A DNA stretch of 64,000 nucleotides, from NCBI GenBank assembly GCA_963760615.1, contig CAVXDX010000008.1, positions 64,001-128,000 on the forward strand, written 5' to 3'. The notes below the pieces were generated by a model. It was given only the letters and a program-made list of their open reading frames with translations, did no database searches and was not told the DNA's origin. Positions 47,530 to 57,956 of the stretch are shown here, in pieces; the stretch's first letter is position 1, and each line of letters begins with the position of its first letter. Made by a program: the position numbers and the translations under genes. The stretch comes from an uncultured Candidatus Micrarchaeota archaeon. Lineage in GTDB: Archaea > Micrarchaeota > Micrarchaeia > Burarchaeales > Fermentimicrarchaeaceae.

Positions 47530-48396
47530 ATGGAGAATGAAGCGAAAGGCTCTCTGCTCATTGTATTGGCATGTCTCATGTACAGTTTCATAGGGGTTTT
47601 CTCGAGGTTTGCAGGCATAAACTTATTCGCTCTGGTTTTCTACAAGGAAGTGCTCGCTGCGCTCTTCTTTTTCTTCATATTTCTTTTTGCCCGCAAGGAT
47701 GCGGGTAAGTTGAAGATGAATTGGGAGATGGCGAAATTTTTCATCCCCTACGCGCTTGTCGTTACCATAACTGAAGTGACGTTCATTGGAGCGTATCTGA
47801 ACACAAGTATGATAAACGCTATATTCTTGGGTGGCCTGACTCCAGTATTTGTTGCTGTGCTATCCTTCTTCTTTCTGAAAGAGAAGTTGAACCTAACAAC
47901 ACTTCTCTCTTTGATTCTTGGGGTTACGGGAATAGGTTTCATTGCGGGAGCTGACCTGCTTGGCGTGCTTAATGGGAAAAACCTCCTTGGAGATGCTCTG
48001 GCAGTGATTTATGCCATAGCCTACGCCGTCTTTATCATATACGGGAGGGAAAGGGCGAAGAGGAAGGTGGATATCTACTATTCTGTTTTCTGGTCGTATG
48101 CAATTGCAGCTCTTTTCCTACTCCCAGTTGATTTGGTGTATGGCACACTGGCAATCCCATTGGAATCAGTGGTATGGATTGTGCTGCTAGCTTTCCTATG
48201 TACGAATATAGCCTTCATCCTATTCTGCAAGGGCTTTGAGTATATTGATGCGCCGAAGGGCAGCATAGTTACGTTGGCAGAGCAGGTGTTTGTGACTATC
48301 AATGCATTCCTTTTCTTTGGGGAGAACCTGAGTCTTTTCGCGGTTATAGGCGCAGTTCTAATCTGCTCTTCAGTTGTTCTGGAAGAGATGAGATAA
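47530..48396 (+). CDS. DMT/EamA-family transporter
   Basis: About 10 TM with two EamA-like halves. Confidence 0.9.
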   Translation: MENEAKGSLLIVLACLMYSFIGVFSRFAGINLFALVFYKEVLAALFFFFIFLFARKDAGKLKMNWEMAKFFIPYALVVTITEVTFIGAYLNTSMINAIFLGGLTPVFVAVLSFFFLKEKLNLTTLLSLILGVTGIGFIAGADLLGVLNGKNLLGDALAVIYAIAYAVFIIYGRERAKRKVDIYYSVFWSYAIAALFLLPVDLVYGTLAIPLESVVWIVLLAFLCTNIAFILFCKGFEYIDAPKGSIVTLAEQVFVTINAFLFFGENLSLFAVIGAVLICSSVVLEEMR

Positions 48397-48398
48397 GT

Positions 48399-51203
48399 TC
48401 ATTCAAAGAATATTGAAGGTTTCATTGGCGTTGACTGCACTGCTTTCTTCGCATGCGCTTCCTGAGCCTTCTCCTCAGGCAGCACATATACATCGGCATT
48501 CAGCTCGCTTGAGAGGAACTTCTTCGCACTTTCAAGCGCATCCATCTCCTGCCTGAGAGTTAGAACCAGTGGGGAAAGGTGACCTACGTTCTTGGTTAGC
48601 TGCTGGAGAACCCTCTGCGTTTCCTGGGGGTTGGCCCTCATCCTGTCGTCGTTCATGGCTTGCTTCATCACAACATCGAACTTCTTCTCCTTGTATGCCA
48701 TGGAGTAAAGCTTCCTCTTCCATTCCGATGCGCAGTATATGTATATGTTCCTCGGGGTGACCTTGGTTATCTTCAGAATAGTCTCAATGTCATCCCTTGT
48801 TCTGGAGATGAGCTCCTCTGAGAGGTCGGCAGTTTTGTCTATTTTTGTCTCATCACACTTGGGCCATTCTGCAATGGAGACAAAGCTGGAGTCATCCACA
48901 AACTCCTTCTTGCCGAGCTTTTCCCACATCTCCTCAGAGAAGTGCGGCATGAACGGGGTGAGCAGCAGCAGGAGGTATTCCAGGTATTCGCGAAGAACAT
49001 TGCGGTTCTTCCCACCTCTCCTCAGGTACAACTTCAGCTCGCTCACGGAGCTGTATAATGCCTCCTGCGCAATGTCGCGCAGCTCCAGCTTCCTGTAGAG
49101 CTCTTCCGATGCTTTTACCTTCCCGTGCATCGCTGAGAGAAGCCATCGGTCAACTGCATTGCCCTCCTGCGTGAATTCATTGCATCTTTCAACCAGAGTG
49201 GCAATGAAGCTCATCCTTGAAGCTATGCCCTCCGCCATGGTGGAGTTGAAGTCTGCATCCTGCGAGAGGTCCGCACCGGAGACAACAGAGAAGCGCACAA
49301 CGTCCGTGCCGTATTTCTTTATGGCCTCCCTGAGCGGGAGTATGTTGCCCATGCTCTTGCTCATCTTCTTGCCTTCCATGAGCACGAAGCCGTTTGTCGC
49401 TATCTGCCTGGGCCACAGCTCAGGAGGGAATATGGCAACGTGGTTGAAAAGGAAAAATGTGAGGTGGTTGTGAATCAAGTCTCCTGCAGAGTGCCTTGAG
49501 TCGAGCGGATACCAGTAAAGGAACTCCTCCCTCATCCTGTTGAGGAGCTGCTCATCGATTCCTGATGTAAAGGAGAGCTTCTTGGAATCGCCCTTTCCAA
49601 GGAGAACGCAATCGAAGAACTCCGGGGAGAGCTTCTCTGCATCCACATTCTTGAGGTAGTGCGAGATTGTGTAGAATGCCATGTATATAGTGGAGTCTGA
49701 GAGTGATTCGATTATCTGTTTCTTGTCGAACGGGAAGGGTGTGCCAAGCCCGCTAGCCCTCACGCATGCTTTTTCCTTGAGCCAGTCAATTGTGTACTCG
49801 TACTCAACAACTGTCTTTTCCGGTATTATGTTAACCTGTTTCAGGCATTCCTTCACCTGCTCTTTCCATTGTTCATCTCCGTAGTTGATGAACCACTGTC
49901 CCTCAACCCTCTTGACGACGCAGAGAGTGCCGCATCTGCAGTATACAGGGCCGTTTATTATGTCGTATATGAGAAGTGCTTTTCCCTCTGCAAGCATATC
50001 CTGCTTTATCTTCTCCTTTGCAATGAGCGCCCTTTCTCCCCTGTACTTGCCGAGCATCATCCTTCCTCCATGCGCCTCCGCCCTGTAGAGCTCCTCTGTT
50101 GCCTGCGCAGCCTTGGGATCCTTCTGGTTCGCAACCTCAAGCCTCTCTGAAATCTCCCTAGCTGGATATTTCCCATAACCACTAAGCTCTATAACCTGAA
50201 TCATTCTATCCGAGTAGCTCTCAAAGGAAGTCTCCTTCAAATCCCTCAAAGCGAGGAAGTCGTAAGGTGCGTGGGCTGGCACGCTCATCACAACCCCGGA
50301 GCCGTTCCTGGGGTCAACGAAGTCGGCAGGCAGTATGGGTATCTCTTCCCCGGTCATTGGGTTTTTGCAGGTCCTGCCTATGAGCTCTACTGCCCTCATC
50401 TGCTCCTTCACCTCAAGCTTCATCTGGTGCTTCATTTTCTCAGCCGCGTCAGAAGAAACAATATAACTCTCCCCATTGCTCTCAACTCTGACATAATTCA
50501 CTGCAGGGTTCACCCATAGGTTTGTCACACCGTATATTGTTTCAGGCCTAAAAGTGGCAGTGAGCAGGTAGTAGTTCCCAAATTTGAATTTTATGAGCAC
50601 ATACTCGTCAATGTTGGGGTCCACATCGCCTTGTGTATCGTGGGAGCCCACTGCATTGTTATCCTTGGGGCACCAGGGGACAGGATGGCTGCCCTTCGTG
50701 AGATAGCCTTTCTCGTTCAGCTTCATGAACTGCCACTCTATGAACTTGTTGAACATCTTGTCATAGGTATAGAACTTCCTCCTCCAGTCTATGGAGAAGC
50801 CCATCTCCCTCATGCCAAGCTCGATTTCCCTGCTGAAGTAATCAACAAGCTTCTCGGGAGTATTCAACTGTGAGATGATATGCTCGGGAATGTTGTAGAT
50901 GTTCTTGAAAATCTCGCATATCTCCTTGTCTCCTTCCGCAATTCTCTTAGCCATGGCAAGCACAGGCGTGCCAGTGACATGGAAGCCCATTGGGAAGAGC
51001 ACGTTATACCCCTTCATCCTCATGAAGCGCGCGTAGACATCTGTTGTTGTATATGTTCTTGCATGCCCTATGTGCTGCGGTGAGTTGGGGTAGGGAAAGG
51101 CAGCCGTGAGGAAGAACTTCCTCACCTCACTTACATCTGGCTCGAAAATCTTGGCATCTGCCCATCTCTTCTGCCATTTCTGCTCAATCTCATGGAATTC
51201 CAT
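48399..51203 (-). CDS. leuS: Leucine--tRNA ligase (archaeal type)
   Basis: AFPYPN...HIGH, KMSKS, editing domain ATFRPETIYG; ATG 51203. Confidence 0.96.
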   Translation of the reverse strand: MEFHEIEQKWQKRWADAKIFEPDVSEVRKFFLTAAFPYPNSPQHIGHARTYTTTDVYARFMRMKGYNVLFPMGFHVTGTPVLAMAKRIAEGDKEICEIFKNIYNIPEHIISQLNTPEKLVDYFSREIELGMREMGFSIDWRRKFYTYDKMFNKFIEWQFMKLNEKGYLTKGSHPVPWCPKDNNAVGSHDTQGDVDPNIDEYVLIKFKFGNYYLLTATFRPETIYGVTNLWVNPAVNYVRVESNGESYIVSSDAAEKMKHQMKLEVKEQMRAVELIGRTCKNPMTGEEIPILPADFVDPRNGSGVVMSVPAHAPYDFLALRDLKETSFESYSDRMIQVIELSGYGKYPAREISERLEVANQKDPKAAQATEELYRAEAHGGRMMLGKYRGERALIAKEKIKQDMLAEGKALLIYDIINGPVYCRCGTLCVVKRVEGQWFINYGDEQWKEQVKECLKQVNIIPEKTVVEYEYTIDWLKEKACVRASGLGTPFPFDKKQIIESLSDSTIYMAFYTISHYLKNVDAEKLSPEFFDCVLLGKGDSKKLSFTSGIDEQLLNRMREEFLYWYPLDSRHSAGDLIHNHLTFFLFNHVAIFPPELWPRQIATNGFVLMEGKKMSKSMGNILPLREAIKKYGTDVVRFSVVSGADLSQDADFNSTMAEGIASRMSFIATLVERCNEFTQEGNAVDRWLLSAMHGKVKASEELYRKLELRDIAQEALYSSVSELKLYLRRGGKNRNVLREYLEYLLLLLTPFMPHFSEEMWEKLGKKEFVDDSSFVSIAEWPKCDETKIDKTADLSEELISRTRDDIETILKITKVTPRNIYIYCASEWKRKLYSMAYKEKKFDVVMKQAMNDDRMRANPQETQRVLQQLTKNVGHLSPLVLTLRQEMDALESAKKFLSSELNADVYVLPEEKAQEAHAKKAVQSTPMKPSIFFE

Positions 51204-51241
51204 GGGTACCACATAGTTATTTGCAGGGAGCATTTAATAAT

Positions 51242-52145
51242 TTATAGAAAAGCGCTGCAGAAGCTCCAGAAGTTCTCCCCAAGAGTCTGGGCGTAGTAGC
51301 CTCCTTCAAGCACTGCAAATGTTCTTGCTCCGAGCTTCTCTGCCTGCTTTCTTATCATGCTTCCTATTTTTTTGTATGTTGCGCTGTCCCGTATGTCTAT
51401 TGCATTCCCGCAGGAGTAGTCCTTGTAGAAGGTGTCAAAGCCGACGCTCACTCCTATGAGCTGTGGCTTGAATTCCTCTGAGTATTTTGGGAAATTTCCT
51501 TCAAAAATTTTGAGGTATTCTGCATCGGTTGTTTCCGGCTGCAGGACTACATTTTTTATGTGCTTGTTATTCTCACGCTCAAAGCCCGAACTCCACGGGA
51601 AGCATGTATTTGGGTCTTGGTGGAAGGAGAGGTAGAAAACCCTCTTGTCGTTGTAGAATATATCCTGCGTTCCGTTGCCGTGGTGCTGGTCTATGTCAAC
51701 AATCATTGCGCTCTCTGTTTTTGTTGCAATAACCGACGCAACAGCAAATGCAATATTATTCAAATAGCAGAAGCCCCCGAATGCATTCCTGCTTGCGTGG
51801 TGCCCCGGAGGCCTGATGAGGGCAAAAGAGAAGCCCTTTTCAGAGTTTTCCGCAGCCTTGAGAGCCCCGCCCGCAGCAAGCTTGGCGATGTTGAATGTAT
51901 TGCTTGAGAATGGGTTGTCGCCCCCTCCCTGCTGCATGTCTGAGAGGAATTTCAGCCTCTCAATATACTCTTCATCATGCACAATATAGAGGTCCCTTAT
52001 CGGCAATTTCCTTGGGCTTATCAAAGGTTACTGGAAGGTTATTCTCCTTCAGGTATTTGACTATTGCAATGAGCCTCTGCGGGTTTTCGGGGTGGCCTGC
52101 CCCAGTTTCATGCTCCAGGAATCTATCGGAATAGACGATTTTCAT
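51242..52145 (-). pseudogene. Histone deacetylase (AcuC-like) family gene with a 1-nt frameshift
   Basis: N-terminus MKIVYSDRFLEHETGAGHPENPQRL from ATG 52145 is out of frame with the GHHA/GFCYLNN/DIDQHHGNGTQ/EGGY body; span 904 nt = 3n+1. Confidence 0.8.
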
Positions 52146-52190
52146 AAAACCACAATGCCAAAGCTGCGCTTCACATGCTAGGCTGGCCTT

Positions 52191-52334
52191 TTAATCTTCC
52201 TCTTCTTCCTCCTCTTCCTCTTCTTCCGCCTCTGCGTCTTCTTCCTCGTGCTCTTTCTCTTCCTCGTCCTTCCCGGTCTCTTCATCCTCTTTTGCTCTGA
52301 AGCCGCATTCCCAGATTATAAGTTGTTCATTCAT
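52191..52334 (-). CDS. Very acidic 47-aa protein
   Basis: MNEQLIIWECGFRAKEDEETGKDEEEKEHEEEDAEAEEEEEEEEEED; GGTGGTG SD. Confidence 0.5.
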   Translation of the reverse strand: MNEQLIIWECGFRAKEDEETGKDEEEKEHEEEDAEAEEEEEEEEEED

Positions 52335-52357
52335 ATTCACCACCAATCAAATACCAG

Positions 52358-52444
52358 CGCCAGGGGTGAGATTTGAACTCACACTCCCCGTAAGGGGAAC
52401 CAGATCTCAAGTCTGGCGCATTGACCAGATTCTGCCACCCTGGC
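52358..52444 (-). tRNA. tRNA-Ser(TGA)
   Basis: GCCAGGG/CCCTGGC acceptor stem, CCAGA-CTTGAGA-TCTGG, long variable arm. Confidence 0.95.
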
Positions 52445-52500
52445 ACGGAGTATATTCTCTCCGCTCACCTTTAAAAAGCATTTCAATTTGAAAAGAAGAA

Positions 52501-52806
52501 TCACTCAAGACTTATCTCAATGTGAACAGTGTCAGGCACCCTGACCCTCATAATCTGCCTCAGAATCCGCTCATCACCAACAACGTCAATCACCCTCTTC
52601 CTTATCCTCATCTCCCAGTGCTCATACGTGTCTGAGCCATCCCCGCATGGAGTCCTTCTCGTAGTGATTTTCAATCTCTTTGTGGGAAGAGGAATTGGGC
52701 CTCTCATCTCAACGCCCGCGGTCTTAGTGATGTCCCTTATCTGGTTGCAGACATCGTCAAGCTCCCTTGGGTCCTTGCCTATGAGTTTTATTCTCGCGCG
52801 GGTCAT
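52501..52806 (-). CDS. rpsJ: Ribosomal protein S10 (uS10)
   Basis: GPIPLPTK, YEHWEMRIRKR. Confidence 0.96.
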   Translation of the reverse strand: MTRARIKLIGKDPRELDDVCNQIRDITKTAGVEMRGPIPLPTKRLKITTRRTPCGDGSDTYEHWEMRIRKRVIDVVGDERILRQIMRVRVPDTVHIEISLE

Positions 52807-52866
52807 GTGTTGGCACCTTTGTTTGTTCTCATCAGGTCATGATGAGAGACAGAAGGAAAAAAGAAA

Positions 52867-54135
52867 TCAAGCAACTTTCGAAACCTCCAGAACAACTCCA
52901 GCGGCAACTGTCTGCCCCATGTCTCTTATGGCAAACCTCCCCAGCTGCGGGAACTCGTTGAACTTCTCCACAACAAGGGGCCTCAGTGGTTTCACCTTCA
53001 CTACGGCAACATCTCCGGTCTTGATGAAGTCCGGGTTCTTCTGCATTGTCTGGCCCGTCTTGGGATCCTTCTTCTCCAGTATATCTGTTATCGTGCATGC
53101 CATCTGCGCAGTATGTATGTGGAAGACTGGCGTGTATCCCTTGGCTATTGCCGTTGGGTGCTCCAGCACCACTATGTTCGCAGTGAACTCCTGCACAACT
53201 GTTGGCGGGTTGCTCGCAGGTCCTGCCACCTCTCCTCTCTTCAAATCCTTCTTGTCAACTCCCTTAACATTAAAGCCTACATTGTCTCCGGGCTTTGCCT
53301 CTGTGAGAGGCTGGTGGTGCATCTCTATGCTCTTCACCTCTCCCTTTGCACCAGACGGCATGAAGACAATGACGTCGCCCGGCCTCATCACGCCTGTCTC
53401 AACTCTTCCCACTGGCACCGTGCCGTGGCCGGTTATTGTGAATACATCCTGGACAGGAAGCCTCAGCGGCTTGTCAAGCGGCTTTGCGGGAACCGTGAAT
53501 TTGTCGAATGCCTCAACAAGAGTTGGACCTTTGTACCAGTCCATCTTCCCCGTCTTCTTCACAACATTCTCCCCCTCGTATGCAGAGTAGGGAATGAACT
53601 GCACAGTTTCCATCTTGTAGCCTATATTCTTCAGCAGTGTGGTGATCTGGTTCTTCAAATCCTCGAACTTTACCCTGTCGTAGCCCACGCTGTCCATCTT
53701 GTTGATTCCAACCACAATCTGCTGTATGCCTAGCACCTTTGCAAGGAACGCATGCTCCTTTGTCTGGGGCTGGATGCCCTCCTTGCATGAAACGACAAGC
53801 GTTGCGGCATCTGCCTGCGAAGCGCCTGTAATCATGTTCTTCACAAAGTCCCTGTGGCCTGGCGCATCAATTATTGTGAAATAGTACTTGGGAGTCTGGA
53901 ACTCCTTGTGCGCAACGTCTATGGTGACTCCTCTCTCCCTCTCCTCCTTGAGCTGGTCCATGGCAAATGCAAATTCAAATGTAGGCTTTCCTACTTTCTC
54001 AGCCTCTTCCTTCAGCTTCTTCAAGTCCTGCTCGCTCAATGCGCCAGTGTCATACAGGATTCTTCCGACTGACGTGGATTTACCGTGGTCAACATGCCCT
54101 ATGAAGACCAAGTTTAGGTGTTCTTTTTCGGCCAT
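52867..54135 (-). CDS. tuf: Elongation factor 1-alpha
   Basis: [47 protein letters not shown]. Confidence 0.98.
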   Translation of the reverse strand: MAEKEHLNLVFIGHVDHGKSTSVGRILYDTGALSEQDLKKLKEEAEKVGKPTFEFAFAMDQLKEERERGVTIDVAHKEFQTPKYYFTIIDAPGHRDFVKNMITGASQADAATLVVSCKEGIQPQTKEHAFLAKVLGIQQIVVGINKMDSVGYDRVKFEDLKNQITTLLKNIGYKMETVQFIPYSAYEGENVVKKTGKMDWYKGPTLVEAFDKFTVPAKPLDKPLRLPVQDVFTITGHGTVPVGRVETGVMRPGDVIVFMPSGAKGEVKSIEMHHQPLTEAKPGDNVGFNVKGVDKKDLKRGEVAGPASNPPTVVQEFTANIVVLEHPTAIAKGYTPVFHIHTAQMACTITDILEKKDPKTGQTMQKNPDFIKTGDVAVVKVKPLRPLVVEKFNEFPQLGRFAIRDMGQTVAAGVVLEVSKVA

Positions 54136-54244
54136 GATATCCCTCCAAATATTTTACCGTCTGTAAATATGCATCTAATACTGTAGAAGCCATATACTTC
54201 TATACCTGATTATTTTTAACCCTTTCGGAGAAAACGGGGGAAAG

Positions 54245-55105
54245 TCACCTTTTTGAGAGCTCTGATGCAACAACCCCCCCAACAGCTCCAAGAATTGCGA
54301 AGAGTATCATTGTTGCGATGAGCTTTATGAGAATGAATACTGCTGAGAGCAGGGGGTCTGTGAATGCAAGCTGCATCACGAAGTTTGCTATGTCCACACT
54401 GAGTCCAAGTGAGAGAAGGAAGTTCGTACTTGGCATTAGGATGATGTCATGCAAAAGCACTGAATAGATTATATTGAATGCAGTTGCGATGAGCGCTGCG
54501 AATACTCCGCTTATTGCCCCCACCCTAATAGCATCATTTCTGCCAATGTAGCCGGTACCATACTCGTCAATCCTCAGCCTAAGCAGGTATGTGGAAAGGG
54601 CGCCTCCAATAGCGCTCCAGAACATCAGCAGGTTTATGAAAGGCAACCCCATCATGAATCCGCCGAATATACCGCCAACAAGGGTTGAGCTGACCGTCTC
54701 TGAAGGCTTCACGGAGAGCTCTACTTTGGCAAGCGGTATGTGTTTCTCCTCCACCTCGACAGTGGGGCGCATCTCCTCATACTTTCTCTGCGGAACCTCA
54801 ACAACTGCAGGTTCCGGGGGCTCGTAAGCTGCTCGAAGCTGCGAGGAGCACAGCCTGCAGTAAAGCTTTCCCTCCTTTTCAATGGCGCATGATTCGCATA
54901 TGGGTCTTCCGCATGACGAGCACAGCCCGACCGCCTCAGACCTGGGGTGGTTGCGGCACTTTATCTCCGCAAATTTTGATTTTGAAAGGCAATCCTTGCA
55001 GTAGACTTTCCCATCCTTCTCAGCGGCGCACTTTGAGCATACCCCCTTGTTGCAGGATGAGCATATGCCAACTGCTTCCGACTTCGGGTGTTTGAAACAT
55101 CTCAT
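54245..55105 (-). CDS. Membrane protein with two N-terminal B-box-type zinc fingers
   Basis: CxxHP...CxxC...CxxC...YCxxC twice, then TM region. Confidence 0.8.
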   Translation of the reverse strand: MRCFKHPKSEAVGICSSCNKGVCSKCAAEKDGKVYCKDCLSKSKFAEIKCRNHPRSEAVGLCSSCGRPICESCAIEKEGKLYCRLCSSQLRAAYEPPEPAVVEVPQRKYEEMRPTVEVEEKHIPLAKVELSVKPSETVSSTLVGGIFGGFMMGLPFINLLMFWSAIGGALSTYLLRLRIDEYGTGYIGRNDAIRVGAISGVFAALIATAFNIIYSVLLHDIILMPSTNFLLSLGLSVDIANFVMQLAFTDPLLSAVFILIKLIATMILFAILGAVGGVVASELSKR

Positions 55106-55196
55106 GTTATCCCTCATACTCTTGAATACCCTTATTTAAATTTGTAGCGGTAGGTTAGTGTTTTAAATTTGCTATATCAGAAGTATTAGAGTGCGT

Positions 55197-55271
55197 GGGC
55201 CCGTAGCGCAGCCTGGATAGCGCGGCAGTTTCCTAAACTGTAGGTCGTGGGTCCAAATCCCACCGGGCCCG
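55197..55271 (+). tRNA. tRNA-Arg(CCT)
   Basis: GGGCCCG/CGGGCCC stem, anticodon loop TTCCTAA; T-loop reads TCCAAAT. Confidence 0.93.
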
Positions 55272-55281
55272 TTGTGGAAGC

Positions 55282-55947
55282 ATGAAAATTGAGGAGAAGT
55301 TTGAAGGAGTATTTGTCATAGAAGGAAGGCTTGCTACCAGGAACCTTGTAAAGGACTTCAAAGTGCACGGGGAGAGGCTCGTTTCGCTGGAGGGCGTGCA
55401 ATACAGGTACTGGGATCCATACAGGAGCAAGCTTGCGGCCGCAGTAATCAAGGGGATGAAAAAAATGCCTGTGGAGAGTGGTTCGAAAGTGCTCTACCTT
55501 GGTGCTGCTGCTGGGGTGACTCCGAGTTTCATATCTGATATTGTGGGAGAAAAGGGAGTTGTTTACTGCGTGGAGTTCGCCCCGAGGAGCATGCGGGACC
55601 TTTTGTATGTGTGCGAGAAAAGGAGCAATATGCTGCCTTTGCTTGCCGATGCTAGAAAAACAGAAGAGTATGAGAAGGAGGTTGGCAAAGTTGATATTAT
55701 ATACGAGGATGTGGCGCAGCCTGACCAGGAGGATATAATGATCAGGAATGCCCAGAAGTTCTTGAGGAAAGGCGGCTATGCGATGCTCGCCATAAAATCG
55801 CAGAGCGTTGACGTGACTAAGCAGCCTAAGGAGGTTTATGAGAAGCTGCTGGGCAAGCTGGAGGAGCACTTTGAGATACTGGAGTGCTACGAGCTTTACC
55901 CTTTTGACAAGGATCATCTGTTTGTTTTGATGAGATATACCCAATGA
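55282..55947 (+). CDS. flpA: Fibrillarin-like rRNA/tRNA 2'-O-methyltransferase
   Basis: WDPYRSKLAAA, VLYLGAAAG, VEFAPR, EDVAQPDQ. Confidence 0.96.
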   Translation: MKIEEKFEGVFVIEGRLATRNLVKDFKVHGERLVSLEGVQYRYWDPYRSKLAAAVIKGMKKMPVESGSKVLYLGAAAGVTPSFISDIVGEKGVVYCVEFAPRSMRDLLYVCEKRSNMLPLLADARKTEEYEKEVGKVDIIYEDVAQPDQEDIMIRNAQKFLRKGGYAMLAIKSQSVDVTKQPKEVYEKLLGKLEEHFEILECYELYPFDKDHLFVLMRYTQ

Positions 55948-55960
55948 TACTGATAACATT

Positions 55961-57277
55961 GTGACATGCTCCACCCCTAAAGGGTGTGGGCTTCCTGCTT
56001 CACAGACGTTGCTACTGCAACATCTCTCTCCTTTTGCAAGGAATTGCAGGCGTTACTTCCCCCTTGCCCAGGGGTAGCTCTCATGAGTATATTGCGTGCA
56101 GCATTCAAGTCTCTGTCTATTAACAAACCACAATTGGGGCAGGCATATATCCTGTCTCCGAGACTCAAGTCGTCCCTGATGTTTCCGCACCTGCTGCACA
56201 TCTTTGAGGTATTTTCAGGGTCTACAAACACCACTCTGCATCCAGCTCCCTCCGCCTTGTATGCAAGCATGTTTGCAAACATACTCCATCCTGCATCATT
56301 GATGAACTTGCCGTAATGCTGCTCTGACATTTCTTTTGAGGCAAGTCTTTCTGATGCTATGAAGGAATAATCATTCACCAAATCAGTTGTTGCCTTATGT
56401 AAGAAGTCTCTTCTTGTGTTGGCCACCTTCTCATGCAGTTTTGCTACTCTTACCTTTGCCTTCTTTCTGTTGCCGCTTCCTTTCTTTTTCTTCGAGAACT
56501 TTCTTTGTATGAAGGCAAGCCTATCCTCATGCTTCATGAGGTGTCTTGGGTTTTTTATCATTTTGCCATTTGAGAGAGTTGCAAATGTCTTCAATCCCAG
56601 GTCTATACCTACTGCCTCTCCCCCGTTTTCTCGTGGAATCTTTCCAAGTGTCTCAACAGTGAAAATAGCAAACCATTTTCCTGAAGACTCTCTTTTCAGA
56701 GTCAGGGTTTTGATTCTGCCTTTTATCTCTCTGTGCTTATTTACTGCAATCTCACCAAAAGGAGTCACTGTGAGTTTCTTATCCAGAGAGAAGCCAGACC
56801 CATACTGCGGATAGTACAAGCTCTTCATCCTGTCAATTGATTTGAAGCGAGGGAAACCACATTCCACTCCTTTTCTTCTCAGCTTGAAAACTCTCGTTAC
56901 TGAATTATAAACTCTATGTGCAATCTCCTGCTGGGTTTGGGAATAGAGACCACACTCTTTTACCATCAGCTGTAGCGTATTCTTAGTTGGGAAGTAGCCA
57001 AAGTCTTTGTAGGTTTGTTTGCAGTGCTCCAGAAGCTCATTCCACATGTTCTTTGCTATCCAAATATGCTGAAACATCTCCTTCTCCTGCTTCTTTGAGG
57101 GATATATCCTGAATTTGTAGGCTCTCATAGACGTTATTTATGTCTATTTTTCCCTTTATAAACCTCTGGGAGGGGTAACTTTCCAGTGAAAGTTATATAT
57201 ACTGGAAGAGCTAAATTTTCCCTTATGGTTCGCTTTCATCCCACCCTTAAAAGGTGTGGGATTTCCCGCTCACGTTG
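55961..57277 (-). mobile_element. IS200/IS605-family element, tnpB-only
   Basis: Subterminal hairpins at about 57238..57262 and about 55970..55991; TTAA immediately 5' of the left end; right end finishes in GTCAC; no tnpA. Confidence 0.9.
55977..57128 (-). CDS. tnpB: RNA-guided endonuclease TnpB
   Basis: MRAYKFRIYP HTH, GIDLG, SERL, CSRC...CPNC zinc ribbon, DRDLNAARNI. Confidence 0.96.
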   Translation of the reverse strand: MRAYKFRIYPSKKQEKEMFQHIWIAKNMWNELLEHCKQTYKDFGYFPTKNTLQLMVKECGLYSQTQQEIAHRVYNSVTRVFKLRRKGVECGFPRFKSIDRMKSLYYPQYGSGFSLDKKLTVTPFGEIAVNKHREIKGRIKTLTLKRESSGKWFAIFTVETLGKIPRENGGEAVGIDLGLKTFATLSNGKMIKNPRHLMKHEDRLAFIQRKFSKKKKGSGNRKKAKVRVAKLHEKVANTRRDFLHKATTDLVNDYSFIASERLASKEMSEQHYGKFINDAGWSMFANMLAYKAEGAGCRVVFVDPENTSKMCSRCGNIRDDLSLGDRIYACPNCGLLIDRDLNAARNILMRATPGQGGSNACNSLQKERDVAVATSVKQEAHTL

Positions 57278-57313
57278 TTAAATAATAGAATGTAAAATAT
57301 TTACGATGAGCTT

Positions 57314-57898
57314 ATGGCTGAGAAGGATACTCCTTTGAAAGAGGATGGAATAAAGCGCAAGATAAGGGATTTTGTGGCTAGAGTTACGATACTGGGGCTG
57401 CACACCTCGATAAGCGATATAGCAAACAGAATAGTTAAGAGCATCGGGGTTATGGATGAGAAATGGAGCAAGTACACCACAATCGAACTCCATAACGGTT
57501 TGAATAAGGACTTCTACAAAGCAGTTCCGAAGAAGGACAGAGTAGTATTCATACCGCACTGCCTCAGGAACATAAAGGAGTGCAAGATGCCCATAGACGA
57601 GGATGGCTACCACTGCCTGAGATGCGGCAAGTGTGTGATAAATGACATTGTCAAGGAGTGCGATAAAAATAACATGAAGTATTTTATAGTCGGGGGAGGT
57701 TCCCAGGTCATCAACATAGTCAACAAGCACAAGCCAAAAGCATTTCTTGGCATAGCCTGCTTCAACGAGCTTCAGATGGCTGTGGAGAAGCTGGGGGGAG
57801 GCTCCAAATTCCCTGGGCAGGGTGTCATGCTGAAGAAGGACGGGTGCGTGAATACTGAAGTGGATATTACTGAAGTTAAAGAGAAAATAAACATGTAG
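57314..57898 (+). CDS. DUF116-like protein
   Basis: FIPHCLR...C...CLRCGKC, IVGGG, GIAC, KDGCVNTEVD. Confidence 0.8.
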   Translation: MAEKDTPLKEDGIKRKIRDFVARVTILGLHTSISDIANRIVKSIGVMDEKWSKYTTIELHNGLNKDFYKAVPKKDRVVFIPHCLRNIKECKMPIDEDGYHCLRCGKCVINDIVKECDKNNMKYFIVGGGSQVINIVNKHKPKAFLGIACFNELQMAVEKLGGGSKFPGQGVMLKKDGCVNTEVDITEVKEKINM

Positions 57899-57956
57899 CT
57901 TCTTCTTGCTGACTTGCTTTCTCTGTGGGCATTACCCACCCCAAACCCGGGAAAGC

